A stretch of 64,000 nt of DNA from Felis catus. Lineage: Eukaryota. Positions 37,751 to 51,093 of this stretch are shown piece after piece. The stretch lies in contig NC_058368.1 in assembly GCF_018350175.1 (NCBI RefSeq), positions 147,562,001 to 147,626,000 of the forward strand. Reading direction: 5' to 3'. Numbering within the stretch: the first letter of the stretch is position 1; every line of letters starts with the position of its first letter. Under the pieces are notes generated by a model. That model had not been told where the DNA came from, did not search any database, and was given only the letters and a program-made list of their open reading frames with translations. The position numbers were made by a program, and so were the translations under genes.

Positions 37751-37868
37751 AGATGCTTATTCCATCAAACATGGTTGGTGAACATTGCTGTCCTCATCAG
37801 AATTTACTGATGAATACTTAGCATGACTGGCTGTAGGGAAACTAGACATTGCATGCTCCTAACATGAC

Positions 37869-38300
37869 CATTGTTCTCAGATGTGGCTGCACATTAGAGC
37901 TTCCTGAGGCACTTTGAGAAAATAAAGGCAGCAATAAAAAATGCCCAATCCATACTTCAGACAATTAACTACATCTATCTCTGGTGGGAGAACCCATCCT
38001 TGCTCCAAAGGATGGAGTGGTTCATTCTCCCAGGTGTGCAGTCAAGATTGAGGATGAGTTTAGCCAAATTTGAATACAATCGAGCCTATAAAGCTAACTT
38101 CTATTTACAGAAGGGAATTCAGGTGAGAGACAAGAGCTTTTCAAATTTGAATGCGTACAAAAATCACCTAAGGATCTTTTTAAAATGAGGATTCTAATTG
38201 TGGTCTGGGGAATAGCCCAAGATTCTGAACTTATAATAAGCTCTCAGTTGTCTGGAATCCATACCGCTCATTGGCATCCAAATTTTAATTAGCACTGGGA
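37869..38300. mobile_element. Two MER5-type (hAT-Charlie) MITE remnants
   Basis: gttctcagatgtggctgcacattaga (about 37870-38060) and ttcaaatttgaatgcgtacaaaatcaccta (about 38135-38300). Confidence 0.65.
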
Positions 38301-38477
38301 CAGAAGACATGTCAAATGACACCAGGAAGCACAAAGTAAAAAATGTGAGATTTGGCAAATCAAAATTAGTTTAGCCTTTTTTTATATCCTTATGGGAATT
38401 TTGTTGTTGTTGTTTTTATTGTCATTGCTGTCAGATAAACTTTTTATTATGATAAAATATAAAATTTACTATAACTA

Positions 38478-38703
38478 TTTTTTTTTAATTTTAAAAGTTT
38501 ATTTGCCATGCATGGCTCAAACCCACAAACCCGTCATGACTCTTGATTTTGGCTCAGGTCATGATCTCGCAGTTTGTGAGATCTCCTGGTTTGTGAAATT
38601 GAGCCCCAGGTTGGGATTCTCTCTCTTCCTCATTCTCTCTCTGCCCCTCCCCTACTCATGCTCATGTTTTCTCCCTCTGTCAGAAGAAATATATAAACAA
38701 AAA
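38478..38703 (+). mobile_element. Rearranged CAN-SINE remnant
   Basis: Minus-strand tail and fragment fused to a headless plus-strand body. Confidence 0.75.
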
Positions 38704-38924
38704 GAGTGGATTTTCTTTTTCTTTTTTCATATTATGTGTCCCTACTGCACCCTTGGATGAAGGGTTTCTTAACCTAATGCTTGTTATTTTTTTAGCCACA
38801 GTTCCCATTTCCCTATTTACCTTCCCACTGGCCATGAGATCCAGTTTTAACATGAAACTAGAAGTCCTTTGGGAATAAAATCTTTTCTGATAAAAAGGAA
38901 TAGATTTGGTTGGTTCATTTATTC

Positions 38925-39209
38925 ACTATTTTTTTTTTATAAATGCTTTTATTTTTTAGTTTATTTATTTGGATTGAGAGACAGAGAGAGAGAGAACATG
39001 CACAAGTAGGGTAAGGGCAGACAGAGAGAGGGGGGGGGAGGGAGAGAGAGAGGGGGAGGGGGAGAGAGAAAGAGAGAAAGAAGTCCAAGCAGGTTCCCAA
39101 CTGTCAGCACAGAGCCTGATGTGGAGCTGGAACCCAAGAACCATGAGATCATGACTTGAGCTGAAACCAAGAGTCCACTGCTTAACAGACTGAGCCACCC
39201 AGGGCCACC
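38925..39209 (-). mobile_element. CAN-SINE with expanded GA/G tract
   Basis: Reverse-complement head gactgagccacccagg; tttatttattt tail. Confidence 0.93.
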
Positions 39210-39221
39210 TCCCCCCCACCC

Positions 39222-39660
39222 CCGCCATTTTAACTATTTTAGGTGTACTTCTCAGGGGCATTAAGTACATTTGCATTTTTGTGCAACTATCACTACTCTC
39301 CCTTTCTGGAACTCTTGTCATCATCTCAAACTGAAACTCTCTACTGATTAAATAATAACTTCCAAATCCCCCAACCCCCAGCCTCTGCTGACCACTATGT
39401 TACTGTCTCTAAGAATTTCACTATTCTAGGTACCTCATACAAGTGGAATCATACAATATTTATCCTTTTGGGTGTTGAATCACTTAGTATAGTTGTCTTC
39501 AAGACTCATCGTTACAGCATCTATGAGAATTTCACCCCTTTTAAGGCTGAGTAATATTCTAATGTTATCTGTATACCAAATTTTGTTCATCCAGTGATCA
39601 ACATTTACCTTCTGCCTATTGTGAATGCTGCTGCTATAAACATTACTGTATAGTTTGTCC
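39222..39660 (-). mobile_element. L1MB-type 3' fragment
   Basis: ggcattaagtacatt; tctaggtacctcatacaagtggaatcatacaatattt. Confidence 0.85.
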
Positions 39661-39993
39661 TTTTGTAAACAACAGAAATATTTGATAATCTGTACTGGAT
39701 GATTCAAAAGAATGCCAATTTACTAAGGTGTGATTGTGGCATTGCAATTATAAAATAAAATGGTTGGTTGTTTCATTTTGTTTTTGTTTGTTTTTTGCAT
39801 AGGAGTGAAATAAGATGGTATTTGGAATTAAGTCCTAACAACATTTCAGCAATGAACAATAGGGAAGAAAAAGTCATTAATAAAAGAAATGTGGCCAAAT
39901 CTTGACAAGTGGTGAGTTTGGGTCTTGGGTTTGTTGGATTGATGCTTTCTATTTTTTTGGATATTTTAAAATACTCAAATACAGAACAAGATA

Positions 39994-40634
39994 TATTTGA
40001 TACTCAATTTCAGCTTCTGTATTTGTGAGTTTGCCCACTTGCTAAAATATATTGGGAACACCAAAGCCAGTGCTTGTGGTGCTTTTGTGGTCATTTGCCA
40101 ACATGGACAGAGGGCTGAAAAATTAGTCCTCCAAAACTTTATTTTCCCAGCTGAGGTTAAACAAAGCTACACTCTGCCATCATGATGCACCTCTCATACT
40201 ATGAACAGATGCCCTTTTTGCAGTTTAGTGTTATGTTTTGTGAATTTTTGTGCTTGTTATTGATTATTTTACTGTTTGAAATGCTGCCCCCCTCATACCA
40301 AATATAGCGCTGAAGTGTTTGCTAGTGTTCCTAAGCTCAAGAAGGCTGTGGTATGCCTTATGGAAAAAATACATGTTAGATAATCTTTGTTCCAGCATGG
40401 GTTGTACGGCTATTAACAATTAATTCAGTGTTGAGAAACAAAATATAATAAATAAGCCTTCTTTAAACAAAAACACACATAAAAGAAAGTTATGTATTGG
40501 TCTATTGAGGAAACATGTGGTTTGTAGAGCCCTAACCCTCTTTCTCCCCTAGGAACAATCATTCAGTATTAGCTGATTTAGGGTTGGCAGTGAATTTATA
40601 AAATATAACTACTGTGAATAATTAGGACTGACTA
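39994..40634. mobile_element. MER44-type (Tigger7-derived) DNA transposon
   Basis: agcgctgaagtgtttgctagtgttcctaagctcaagaaggctgtg; end ataactactgtgaataattaggactgacta. Confidence 0.85.
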
Positions 40635-40849
40635 TATTTGTTAAATGCCTAGATAATTTATCCACTTAAAGAATCTCAAACTGAGTAGTAAAAATACAAT
40701 GTAAAACCACACATGATTATTATATTGGTGGCATCACACATAGGCGTTACAGGTAACCAGAGGAAAGTCAAAATGGCAGTGGTGTGTGAAGAGCCTAGAC
40801 CAAAAACCTGGAGACAGACATTAAGTGCTTATTCCCTATTATTCTCCAT

Positions 40850-42170
40850 CTATAATCAATCACTATTTCCTTTTGGACATCATCCAATAAATAATATGTC
40901 TGTACAATCCATCATTTATTCTATCATCACTTCTGGATATGTTGAATAACTTACTAACCATTCTTCCCATCTCCAATATTGTCTTTCTTACATCCATTCT
41001 ATTGAAAAGGCCATAATGATACATTATTTAAAGTGCCACCCTGATTAACATAATTCAATGACTCCATAGGACTCTAGTAAGGACTTTTAACCCCGGTCCA
41101 AGAATAGTGTTCACGGATCAGTCTCCATGAAACTGTATGCAAAACTTTTAAAATGCTACTAAATGGCACACTCCCCATCCTTGGAGTAGACAATGTTTTA
41201 TCACATTCTACAAGGAGTCTTGGTTACATATCCTTGCCAAAAATTAAAAGCACAAGGTCCTTAACAAAGCCTAGAAGACATCCCATAATCTCATTATTGC
41301 TACAATTCCAGCCTTGGTTTTCACCCTTTTCTATTTATGCTGCAGCAACATTAAACTGCTCATAGTCCCCAGCACACCCCATGGCTGTGTTCATCATTAC
41401 CACATTCATTGAAGTGCTTTTGATCACACATTACTACACTTTACTTGGTTAAGTTCTTATTCTTTATAACACCCTTATCTAAAATTTCTAAATAAATTAG
41501 ATGGGTTAAAGTAATAAAAAGATCAGCATATCTGAGCATGGGGAGGAGGGAGGTAAAGTGGTGTGAAATGATGTCAGAATATCAGAGGGGTAGTCAAGAG
41601 TCAAAATGTGTGGAGTTCTGTAGACTGGGCTGGTAAGTTTGGATTTATTTCTTAAGTCATGAAATTCCATTAGAGAACTGTAATAAGGGAGTTCACAATA
41701 GCCAATCTCCATGTTTACAAATATTCTGATATACAGTGTGGACTGTAGGTGGAATGATGGGCTGAAGTAAAGAGATCGATTGGGAGGATGTTGTAATAAT
41801 CCATTCTAGATGGGTGTAATTTGCCATGGATGGTAGTAGTGAAGATGGAAAGAAGTAGACCTTGTGGATTTAGACTGGGATATGTTTTGGAGGTCAAACT
41901 GACACTATATACTGATGGACTCTATATGGGAAAAATGGAAGAACTCCTAGATTTTTTACTCCCGTAATTGGATGGATGATTGTGTCTTTTGGTGAGGGAG
42001 CAAAAGAAGAAAGGAAGCCTGACTCCCAATACTCTTGCTTGGAAGACTGAGTGGATGGTAAAAGGAATTATAAATATATAATCCATAAGGAAGAACAGAT
42101 TTTCTAAGAGATAGACTGGATTATATTTAAACATATTGCATTTTAGGTACTTGTGAATACCTTCTTCAGA
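40850..42170. mobile_element. L2 remnants (plus to about 41490, minus about 41510-42170)
   Basis: gggaggatgttgtaataatcca..gatggtagtagtgaagatggaaagaagtaga L2 motifs. Confidence 0.65.
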
Positions 42171-42442
42171 AATCTATCTCTAATTCTAAGTAAGTTTTGT
42201 TTTCAATGAATAAGTAGAAAGACTATCTTAAAACCAATATTCTTACCCTGATGACATTTATGAAATAACTCTATGGACATAATAAACTCTGTGAGGTGAA
42301 GTCTTCTGGCCCATCTGGAGAAGATTCACATTTAATACAATTATCCATACAGTGTTTCAGATTTTCATGTCAAGCTTTTAGGAGTATTGATGGTAGAGAT
42401 TTATAAACGACTTGACTCGAGTCATTAAAATTAATCCATTTT

Positions 42443-42647
42443 GGGGGTGCCTAGATGGCTCAGTCGGTTAAGCGTCAGACTTCGGCTCAGGTCGTGATCT
42501 TGCCGTCCGTGAATTCGAGCCCCACGTCAGGCTCTGTTAGCCTGGAGCCTGTTTCAGATTCTGTGTCTCCCCCTCTCTCTCTGACCCTCCCCCATTCATG
42601 CTCTGTCTCTGTCTCAAAAATAAATAAACGTTAAAAAAATTAAAAAG
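42443..42647 (+). mobile_element. CAN-SINE
   Basis: Perfect TSD aaattaatccatttt (42428-42442 and 42648-42662). Confidence 0.96.
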
Positions 42648-43139
42648 AAATTAATCCATTTTTAAACAACTGACCTTCTAATAAAATAATAAACAGATTC
42701 TTAACAAAATCCTTTAGAAATTAGAGGCTGTAATTTTAAATACTGACAGTTGAGAGAGGACAATGGCTGTAATTCTAACTGTTGCATAAAAGTGACAGAA
42801 TTTATTCTTTTGATCTTACTGCACAAATACTTCAAATTTTTTTTTTTTTGGGCAACTGTGGAATAAATACTTTGAATTACCTTTACTTAAACTATGCTTT
42901 ATGACTCAAATTCAGTTACCTCATTAGGAAACTACTTTTCTCAGTTCTTTATCCTCCTTGGATTAAAACTGCTACATGCCATGCCATGGTGACAATGCTT
43001 CCACTTGCCCTCTTCGCAGTTACGTATGAAATCCAGAAGGACATTTCCAATCTCAAAATTCACATGGTCCACATGAGCTCCTTATTACTCCTTCAAGTAA
43101 TTTTTGTCATTTCCCCTTCCATATGCCTCCATGCACTTG

Positions 43140-43540
43140 AATTTACTTAACCTCACTCATTTAAAAGTTCTGGCTGACTTCCCATTTCCAAATGCCAGTA
43201 TTTGCATCTCTGAGCCTATGGACTCTTTCCCCAACATTAAAAAACCCACTCTGAGAGTCAAATTGCTGTGGAATTAACATCATCCAATGAGTGACTGGGA
43301 GTGGACAAGCACTTCAGCTTTTTCAATACCAAGGTGGGATAATTTGGAGCTGAGGTGCTGTTTCCCAGCCTTTTCACATAGCAGTAAGTCTCAGACACTC
43401 TTTGCATCAACTGGCTTAATAAAATAGTACATCTATATTGGCAGGCTTCCTTTGTTCCACCTCCACACTTCCCTACTCAAAATACAATACACTTACCTTC
43501 CCAAGTACAATCCTCATGTTTCAACAGTGTCCAAACAGAG
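43140..43540 (+). mobile_element. LTR33-like ERV-L LTR
   Basis: atttgcatctctgagcct; ccaatgagtgactgggagtgga; ggtgggataa. Confidence 0.6.
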
Positions 43541-43748
43541 ATGCTCTCCTACAAACCTACTCTTCTTGACATCTTTCCTAGGTTAATCAAAAACGAAGAT
43601 TTCAATTCTACTAGCTGCTGGGCTAAAAGCCAAGGTGTCTTTCTTGATTCTCCTTTTTTCACATCTCACGTTTGCTTCATCAGAAATTCTTGTAGAATCT
43701 ATCTCAAGTTTATTTAGAATTTCACCAGCTGTCTCCATCTTTAGTGAC

Positions 43749-44141
43749 TGTGTTCATCTGCTCTGATTGCCGTAACAAAATACCACTGAGGGGCTTAGAC
43801 AAATATACGTAAATTTTCTCACAGTTGTGGAGACTAGAAGGCTGAGACCAAGGTGTCAGTAGGTTTGGGTTCTTTACAGGTCACTCTCCTTGGCTTACCT
43901 TCTTCCTGTGTTCTCACAAGGCCTCTGGTCTGTGAGTACATTCCTGGTGTCTCTTTGTGTGCCCTAATCTCCTCTTCTCATAAGGACACCAGTCACATTG
44001 GATTAGAATCCACCTAAATGGCCTGATTTTAAATTACTTCCTTCTTTAAAGGTTCTATCTACAAACAGATTCACATTTTCAAGTACTAGGAGTCAGGGAT
44101 TCAACATATGAGATTTGACGTATTCAATTCAGCCCAGAAGA
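43749..44141 (-). mobile_element. MLT1A-like solo LTR inside an L2
   Basis: Perfect 5-bp TSD gtgac (43744-43748 and 44142-44146); ataaggacaccagtcacattggattag. Confidence 0.92.
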
Positions 44142-44146
44142 GTGAC

Positions 44147-44826
44147 TCTGCATCTACTGACCCCAGTTTGGCCAAGCCATTAAACTTATTCTGCATGGAA
44201 AATCAATAGCCTCCTGTCTGCCCCACTGCCCTTTTCCTTACTGCAGTGAATTCTCAACACAACAGCTAGAGTTATCTCACAGAAACCCTCTCTACTCAAA
44301 ACTCTTTACTGGCTTCCCATCTGACTTAGAATAAAATCCTATGGCTAACATCATCTACATTGCCTCCACTCCTTTCCTCTCTGGCATCATATTCTATTAC
44401 TCTCCCCCTCTGTCACACTCATCCAACCACAATGGCTGTTCCCACATTAGGGCCTTTACATGCTGTCTCCTTTACCTGCAGTGATAGTCCCTGCTACCTC
44501 TGCATGGCTGTCTCCATTCCTCCTGCCAGGTCTTTATTCAAAACTCACCTCAGGGAAGCCTTTCCTGGCCACTGTATCTAAGAGAGCAACTCCTTCCTGA
44601 TACTTCCCACATCCTACTACCATGTTCCATTTTCTTCTCCTTAGCACTTGTCATCTTCTAGAATATATATTTTACATGTTTATATGGCTTCTTGACTTTT
44701 TCACGAAAACGTAAGCTTTATGAGGACTAAAATTTTTGTCTGTTTTGTTCTTTTGCTACCACAGCAACTAGAAACATGTCTGCAACATGGCAGGTGTTCA
44801 AGAATGATCTGTTGGCTGAATGAGTA
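44147..44826 (+). mobile_element. L2 3' part
   Basis: ctcagggaagcctttcctggccac; ends tgttggctgaatga. Confidence 0.8.
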
Positions 44827-46624
44827 ATTTTCTTCAGCATGTCAGTAAAATCATCATTGTTCTAAGAATTTGATCTAATATTGATTTGTCTGAGTATTAC
44901 AGAACCTTTGTGTGTATCTTCACCATAATTTTTAGAAGAGCTTTTGTCTTTGAAATGTGATATAGACAATGTACCTTTTTTTATAACCTAATGACTGAAG
45001 TGAAATTCGCCTACTGTATTACCTATAAGAGATGAAAATACAGGAAAATAGTAGATGGAAGGGCAACACAACCTAGTCTGGCAGCCTCTGGAAGGTTTCC
45101 AGAATGGCATCACCGTTCTGATGTTTAAGGGGAAAATACCCATTCATTTAGCAATGGTTCACAGATTATTATGAACGTGCCGATCACTCATTTAAAAGCT
45201 TGGGGTAGAAAGACAAGTAAGGCCTGGGTTCTGCCTAGGAGGACGATCAAGTCCATAAGGAGTCATTCCTTCTGTCTGATTCAAAGTTTTAATTTCCAGC
45301 TTTGTGGGGTTATAAAGAAAGAGCAAGAGAAGGAGGATCAATCACTTACATGTTAGTAGTACTAAATTTCTAAGCAAACACACATAGAAAATAATGGGTG
45401 TCTTAGTGGTTAAGTGAAAAAAAGTCTTTACATGACTGAAGGGATAGAACAGAGGAGACTTCTCTCTACAGGCAGCCCTAAAATGATGCGTTGAAGCATT
45501 CTCGGAAGGCCCATATTGTGTCTTACCTTTCTTCTAGTTTTGACACAATTGATATCCAGCTCATCATAGGAGTGATAGCATAGATGATCAAGCAACCTTA
45601 ATGAGGCTTCTGCTATGCCTGTAGTTGGATGGAGAATGCGTTCAATACGAAGAATTTTTAAACTGAGGGCAAACTCCATATTTACAAATATAGATTTCTT
45701 AACACATGGTTTGCCATCCTACTGAGAAGCCTGAACCTGATTTCTTTCTAGGCATGTGTGTTTGTGAGAGGGGAGAGGACCTTATTTGGGGGGGATGCTT
45801 AAACCTGGGCATGATTATTCCAGTCCCAATGTTTCCTCACGGGCACATAATAGTTGCTGTTAGCAATGTACTTTTCTAAAGTTCAAAGCTACAGCATAAG
45901 TAAAATAAATGTTTATAGATATCAGGCCTTACAGCCAGTGAAATTGAAACAAACATTCTTAAGTTGCTCCTTAGAGATGCACACAATTAATTGAAGACAG
46001 ATAATTGCATGTGTAATGGCTTCTTGTACACTAAGTACCTGTTTACAAATCAAATTATTCAATTTGGAATCTCAAGTGTGTGCTGTCTCTGCTCAATTAA
46101 CCCCTTATGGCTATGCATAAACACCTAGTTTGTAAAAATGGGGCCTTTAATATTTTTAAGATCATTTAAATTATGACTCAAATTTATACAACCAATTGTG
46201 AAGTAAAAATCTGTTCTCATTTCCTAAGTAAGGAGATGTAACATATCAAATATTGCTCTGAGTCATTTGCTGCTATTGGTTGAGGCTTACATCTTTATTT
46301 GTAAACTTGTATTGAAACAAGTTCTCTATGCAAGTGATACATACTCTAAGAGATATTAAAACATGCCTTATAAAAATCTAAAACGGCAATTTTCTAAAGA
46401 CATTTGAGAGCGGCAACCAAGCTTCTCTAAAAAGCTGATGCTAAATGCAAAAGTAGGTGTATTAGAGTTTCTCATTTAATCATACATTCATCTGAATGTT
46501 ACTGCACACCAAATATAAAGCACCATGGAATGTGTGCAAAGAAAACAAAGATACGGTCCCTGCATTTGACACACATTGAGCTGAATCTGATTCATAATGC
46601 TCGATTGCTGCAGGAAGCATAGAC

Positions 46625-46805
46625 ATGGTGCTCTGAACTCAAATCCTGTTGTCACACAGCCTTTAAAGTTAGCTCCATATATCAGGAAGTGAAGAAATAA
46701 GATTTGCATCATCACTTTTGGCCTCAGTTTTCCTAGCTATAGAAGTAGACCAATAATGTAAACTGCCCAGGTAATAATGTGAGAATAAAATGTTTAGCAC
46801 ATTCT
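46625..46805 (+). mobile_element. MIR fragment
   Basis: ggcctcagttttcctagctatagaagtagac. Confidence 0.55.
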
Positions 46806-47155
46806 AAAAGAAAAAAAAAATACACTTCATTGCTGTCAAAGAAAAATTATTTTTTCTCTTTTGCCATGATTTAGTTGCTGTCATCTTTACAGATGGTTAA
46901 AACTGGAGGAAAAAGACTCATAAAATACATAATGAAGCAAAGTCAAGTAGGCAGGGTAAAGAGAAGCAGAGGTAAGTTTAGGATTCATATAGTCAAGTGA
47001 GAGTATTTCCTGGAAGGTTGTGGGACCACGTGGCTAAATAAAAGGCAGAGTAATAGGGTTAGAGGCAAACTGTAGAAAGTATGCAGTGGATAAAAATTAT
47101 ACTTGTGTTTATATTGTCCTTTAAAAAGTTTCCTCTCAATAATAAAATTTGCTTT

Positions 47156-47387
47156 GGAGAACCTGAGTGGCTCTGTTGGTTAAGCTTCCCACTTTGGCTC
47201 AGGTCATGATCTCACGGTTCTTGCAGTTTGAGCCCCACATCGAGCTCTCTGCTTTCATCCATAGCCTGCTTTGGATCCTCTCTCCCCTTCTCCCTCTGCC
47301 CCTCCCCTGCTAATGCTCATAATCATTCTCTCTCTCTCTCTTTCTCTCTCTCTCTCAAAAAAAAAAAAAAGAATAAATAAACATTAA
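47156..47387 (+). mobile_element. CAN-SINE (host of a nested SINE)
   Basis: Outer TSD aataaaatttgcttt (47141-47155) / aataaagttggcttt (47638-47652). Confidence 0.92.
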
Positions 47388-47619
47388 GGGCAGCTGGGTG
47401 GCTCAGTCGGTTAGGGGTCCGACATCGGCTCAGGTCATGATCTCGCAGTCCCTGGGTTCAAACCCCTCATTTGGCTTTGTGCTGACACCTCAGAGACTGG
47501 AGCCTGCTTTGGATTCTGTGTCTCCCCCTCTCTCTGCCCCTCCTCTACCCATGCTCTATCTCTCTCCATCTCTCAAAAATGAACAAATATTAAAAAAAAA
47601 TTAATAAAAAATCAAAATC
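47388..47619 (+). mobile_element. CAN-SINE inserted in the tail of the previous SINE
   Basis: Inner TSD aacattaa (47380-47387 and 47620-47627). Confidence 0.92.
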
Positions 47620-49083
47620 AACATTAAAAAAAAGTAAAATAAAGTTGGCTTTTTTAGTGGTAGCAAATGAAAATGCAGACATAACCCTGGCATTGCTTCC
47701 CCCAGGAGAGGAAAGTTGAAAGAAGGTTAATTAATTTCCCGAGCATTATTGTTTTTAACATTCACTTTAGTGACTGAGTATTGAATGTTTGAATTGGGTG
47801 AAGTTTGCCAGTAATCTATATTCATTTTATTCTGCTTCTGAAATATAACTGCATTGTAAGAGGCTTATAGGTTCAGGAAAACCAAAGCTTTCAAAAATGA
47901 TTTTCTTTTTTGTTTCATCTCCCTCTCCTCCTCCCCTTCCTTCCTCCTTTCCTTCTCTTTCCCCTCCCTCATTCCCTCCTTTATTTTTCCAAAAAGGTGT
48001 AAGCAGTGCTCCCTATTTAGGTTTATATTAAAAGGAAGGAATCTTTAAAGTTATTTTTAAATTACTGGTGACTTATGCTCACGATGATTTGACTACATAG
48101 GTTTATTGTGTAGTATAAATTAAGTTTAAACAGAAGAAACACCTAAGTTTTATTGCATATGCTCCCATTGTTATAGTTAGGTAGCAAATATATATTCAAA
48201 AATAACCATACATCTGTTGCATGCCTTGTGCTGCTCTTTGGGGATTATACTGCCTATGGTGATTGCACATTTCCAGCAGTGATCCAAACCACAGGCTTCT
48301 GTGTCCCTGATGCATCTCAGCCTTTTCTGACTCAGATAGCCTTTGAATATGCTTTTGTTATGGCCATTTTCTCCATGCTCAGCAGTGTTTCACGAATGCA
48401 TTGAGTTGTCAGCTGAAGTATATTTGTTATATACTCATCACTGGAAGAGGATATGTGTGTAATTCCATTAGATGGAAGAGGATTGAAAATATTACAAATT
48501 TATCAAATATTCATTACTGGAAAGATGATATCATTATTGTAGCCCTTCAAAACAGTAGGCTGTGGCTTGGCTTGTGTCTGAAATAGTGGCAAGGAAATGG
48601 GAAAAGAATCCTTGACTCCATCTATCTCCTTTTGCACTGGTTCTATTCCTTTGTATTATAACTCATTTTTAACTTTGTTATTTTTTGAAGACAAATGTTA
48701 TTTAGCACATGGTGGTGGAGTAAAATATTTTATTTGAGAAAATTGAAGCATAAAAGCAGAAATAGCTATCTTAAAAATATTGTGAAAGAAAAAAATGGGT
48801 ATATGTAAAATATTGATAATGGCAGAGCAAGCATTTCTTTTAAAATGCGGATCAGTTTCCCAGAGACAGAAAAATGTGACTTGTTGCCAAAGGTGTCACA
48901 GTAACCTTCATATTATTAATAAATAGGTAAGAAAATTTGCAGAAGTAGCACGGAGTAATGGCAAACATCTGAGTCTAAAATAGCATGGCATCACTAAATC
49001 TGACTGTTGTTCTGATTTTTATTTCTCTAAAGAACATACGGTATTGGAATATCCTTATCTTTTACCTTTTCTACCTCTTCTGG

Positions 49084-49085
<2 letters not shown>

Positions 49086-49126
<41 letters not shown>

Positions 49127-49158
49127 CGTGTGTGTTTGCACGCGTGCGTGCACACACA
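49086..49158. repeat. (TG)n-(CG)n-(CA)n alternating purine-pyrimidine tract
   Basis: Read directly. Confidence 0.95.
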
Positions 49159-50593
49159 AGGTTTCTGTCAGCAACTGAAAAATATATCAAGATATCTAAA
49201 CTGCAGATGTCAACTTATTTACTGGATGGAATGGATATTTTCCACATTTCTCCAAAATTAAAAAATGAAATCTGGCATTTCTCCTGTTTATCTGTCACTT
49301 ACCATTATGTATCAGAATTCCTTAGTTCCATGGTTTATTTTGTAACAAGACAACAATAATCTTCTGTGTTATAAGGTAGAAGTAATGTCTATTTTAAGTA
49401 TCTCCCCCACACAAGTAACGGTGCATGAGCTCTGTGTTCCTACAGCCGGTGATGACCTCAGATGGCCTGGCGTATTGTGCATGGCTCTCATTCGATTACA
49501 ACAAACTGAACTAACAGTAATATTTGCTAGTAACTCTAGTAACCATTCTAGTGATAATTGGTTGAATATCTGCCTTATACCACGTACTTGATGTTTTGGT
49601 CATTTGGTTCCGTCTTCTTGTTCTCTTTTTAGGGTTTTGGTAGCATAAGCTTTTAACACAAACATGAATTATTAATTGTGGACTTCCTGTAAATTCTACT
49701 AGATTACAATAATTCAAGCACAGTTAAAGTCTACATATAAAGAATGTCTCTGGAACAGTGATGAGGCGGTAGGTGTTAAGTGTAGCAAGGGAAGTTGTGC
49801 AGGAGGGAAAATACCCGGGTTCCTCCAAATCACATCTAGATAGTCAGTTGCATCCTTTAAACAACACCCTTCTGGAAAAGACTAAGACTTCATTGTCTAA
49901 TTCATGTTTATATCCCTTTAACACAAAAGCAATGCATTGTAAGTAGTGAAAGCTTGAGACATACTGACTGAATTGGAGAAATTCTACTTCTGGAGAAGCT
50001 CTGGAAAAGGTCCTATTCAGAAACATTTTCTGGAACTTTAATGTTCTTAGTAAGGCAGTGTTATTTGCCATCTACCTCCCCAGATCCACAAATAAAGTAA
50101 GACCATCATAAGGTCAATTTATCAGACATATTAGAAACGGGACCTTTTGTTAATCAATTATTTGAATATACATCTGCATACCTGCTATATACTAATGACT
50201 TTTTACATAGTAGAGATACAACAAAATACACTTAGTACTAAAATTATAGGTATGAAAGATAAAACTACATCAATGGGAATTAGAGTTAAGCTCTAGGAAT
50301 GCTTGATGGATTATCATTATAAACGTCAATTATCCTATTATAATTCAAGCAGTCAAGAACATTTACTGAATTCTCATAGGACAGAGCATGTAACAATTTA
50401 CCTTATTGGAACTAAATAGATGGTCAGTAATTTACTTTTATTTTTAGGTCTCTAGCCTGAAACCAGAAAAAAAATTTTCAGAGAAATATTGACATCTTTG
50501 CTTTTTTATGTACTTTTATTGCCTTTTGCTAATATTTCTTAAGAAGTTTTACATTTTTTTAATTTTTATAATTGCATTTTTCCTTTTTTTCTT

Positions 50594-50803
50594 TTAAAAA
50601 AATTTTAAAAAATGTTTACTTATTTTTGAGAGACAGAGTGTGAGCGGGAAAGGGGTAGAGAGAGAGGGAGACAAAGAATACGAAGCAGGCTCCAGGCTCT
50701 GATCTTCAGCACAGAGCCCAACGTGGGGTTCAAACTCATGAACCATGAGATCATGACCCGAGCCAAAGTCAGGCACTTAACCGACTGAGCCACCTAGGTG
50801 CCC
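50594..50803 (-). mobile_element. CAN-SINE
   Basis: TSD catttttcctttttttctt on both sides. Confidence 0.95.
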
Positions 50804-50871
50804 CATTTTTCCTTTTTTTCTTATAAATGATTTAGTTCTTTTACAGATTTTTAACATGGGACAGATTTTAT

Positions 50872-51093
50872 TTTTTTTTTATTTTGTTTTTTAACGTTTA
50901 TTTATTTTTGAGACAGGGAGAGACAGAGCATGAACAGGGGAGGGTCAGAGAGAGGGAGACACAGAATCTGAAGCAGGTTCCAGGCTCTGAGCTGTCAGCA
51001 CAGAGCCCGCCGCGGGGTTAGAACTCACGGACCGCGAGATCATGACCTAAACTGAAGTCGGCGGCTTAACCAACTGAGACACCCAGGTGCCCC
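50872..51093 (-). mobile_element. CAN-SINE, fairly young
   Basis: 20-bp TSD taacatggg(a/g)cagattttat (50852-50871 and 51094-51113). Confidence 0.96.

Noticed and set aside
48200..48420. Minus-strand exon-like segment with faint Tc1-like peptide QRLSESEK
   Set aside because: Stops in all frames from the acceptor, and the similarity is too short to support
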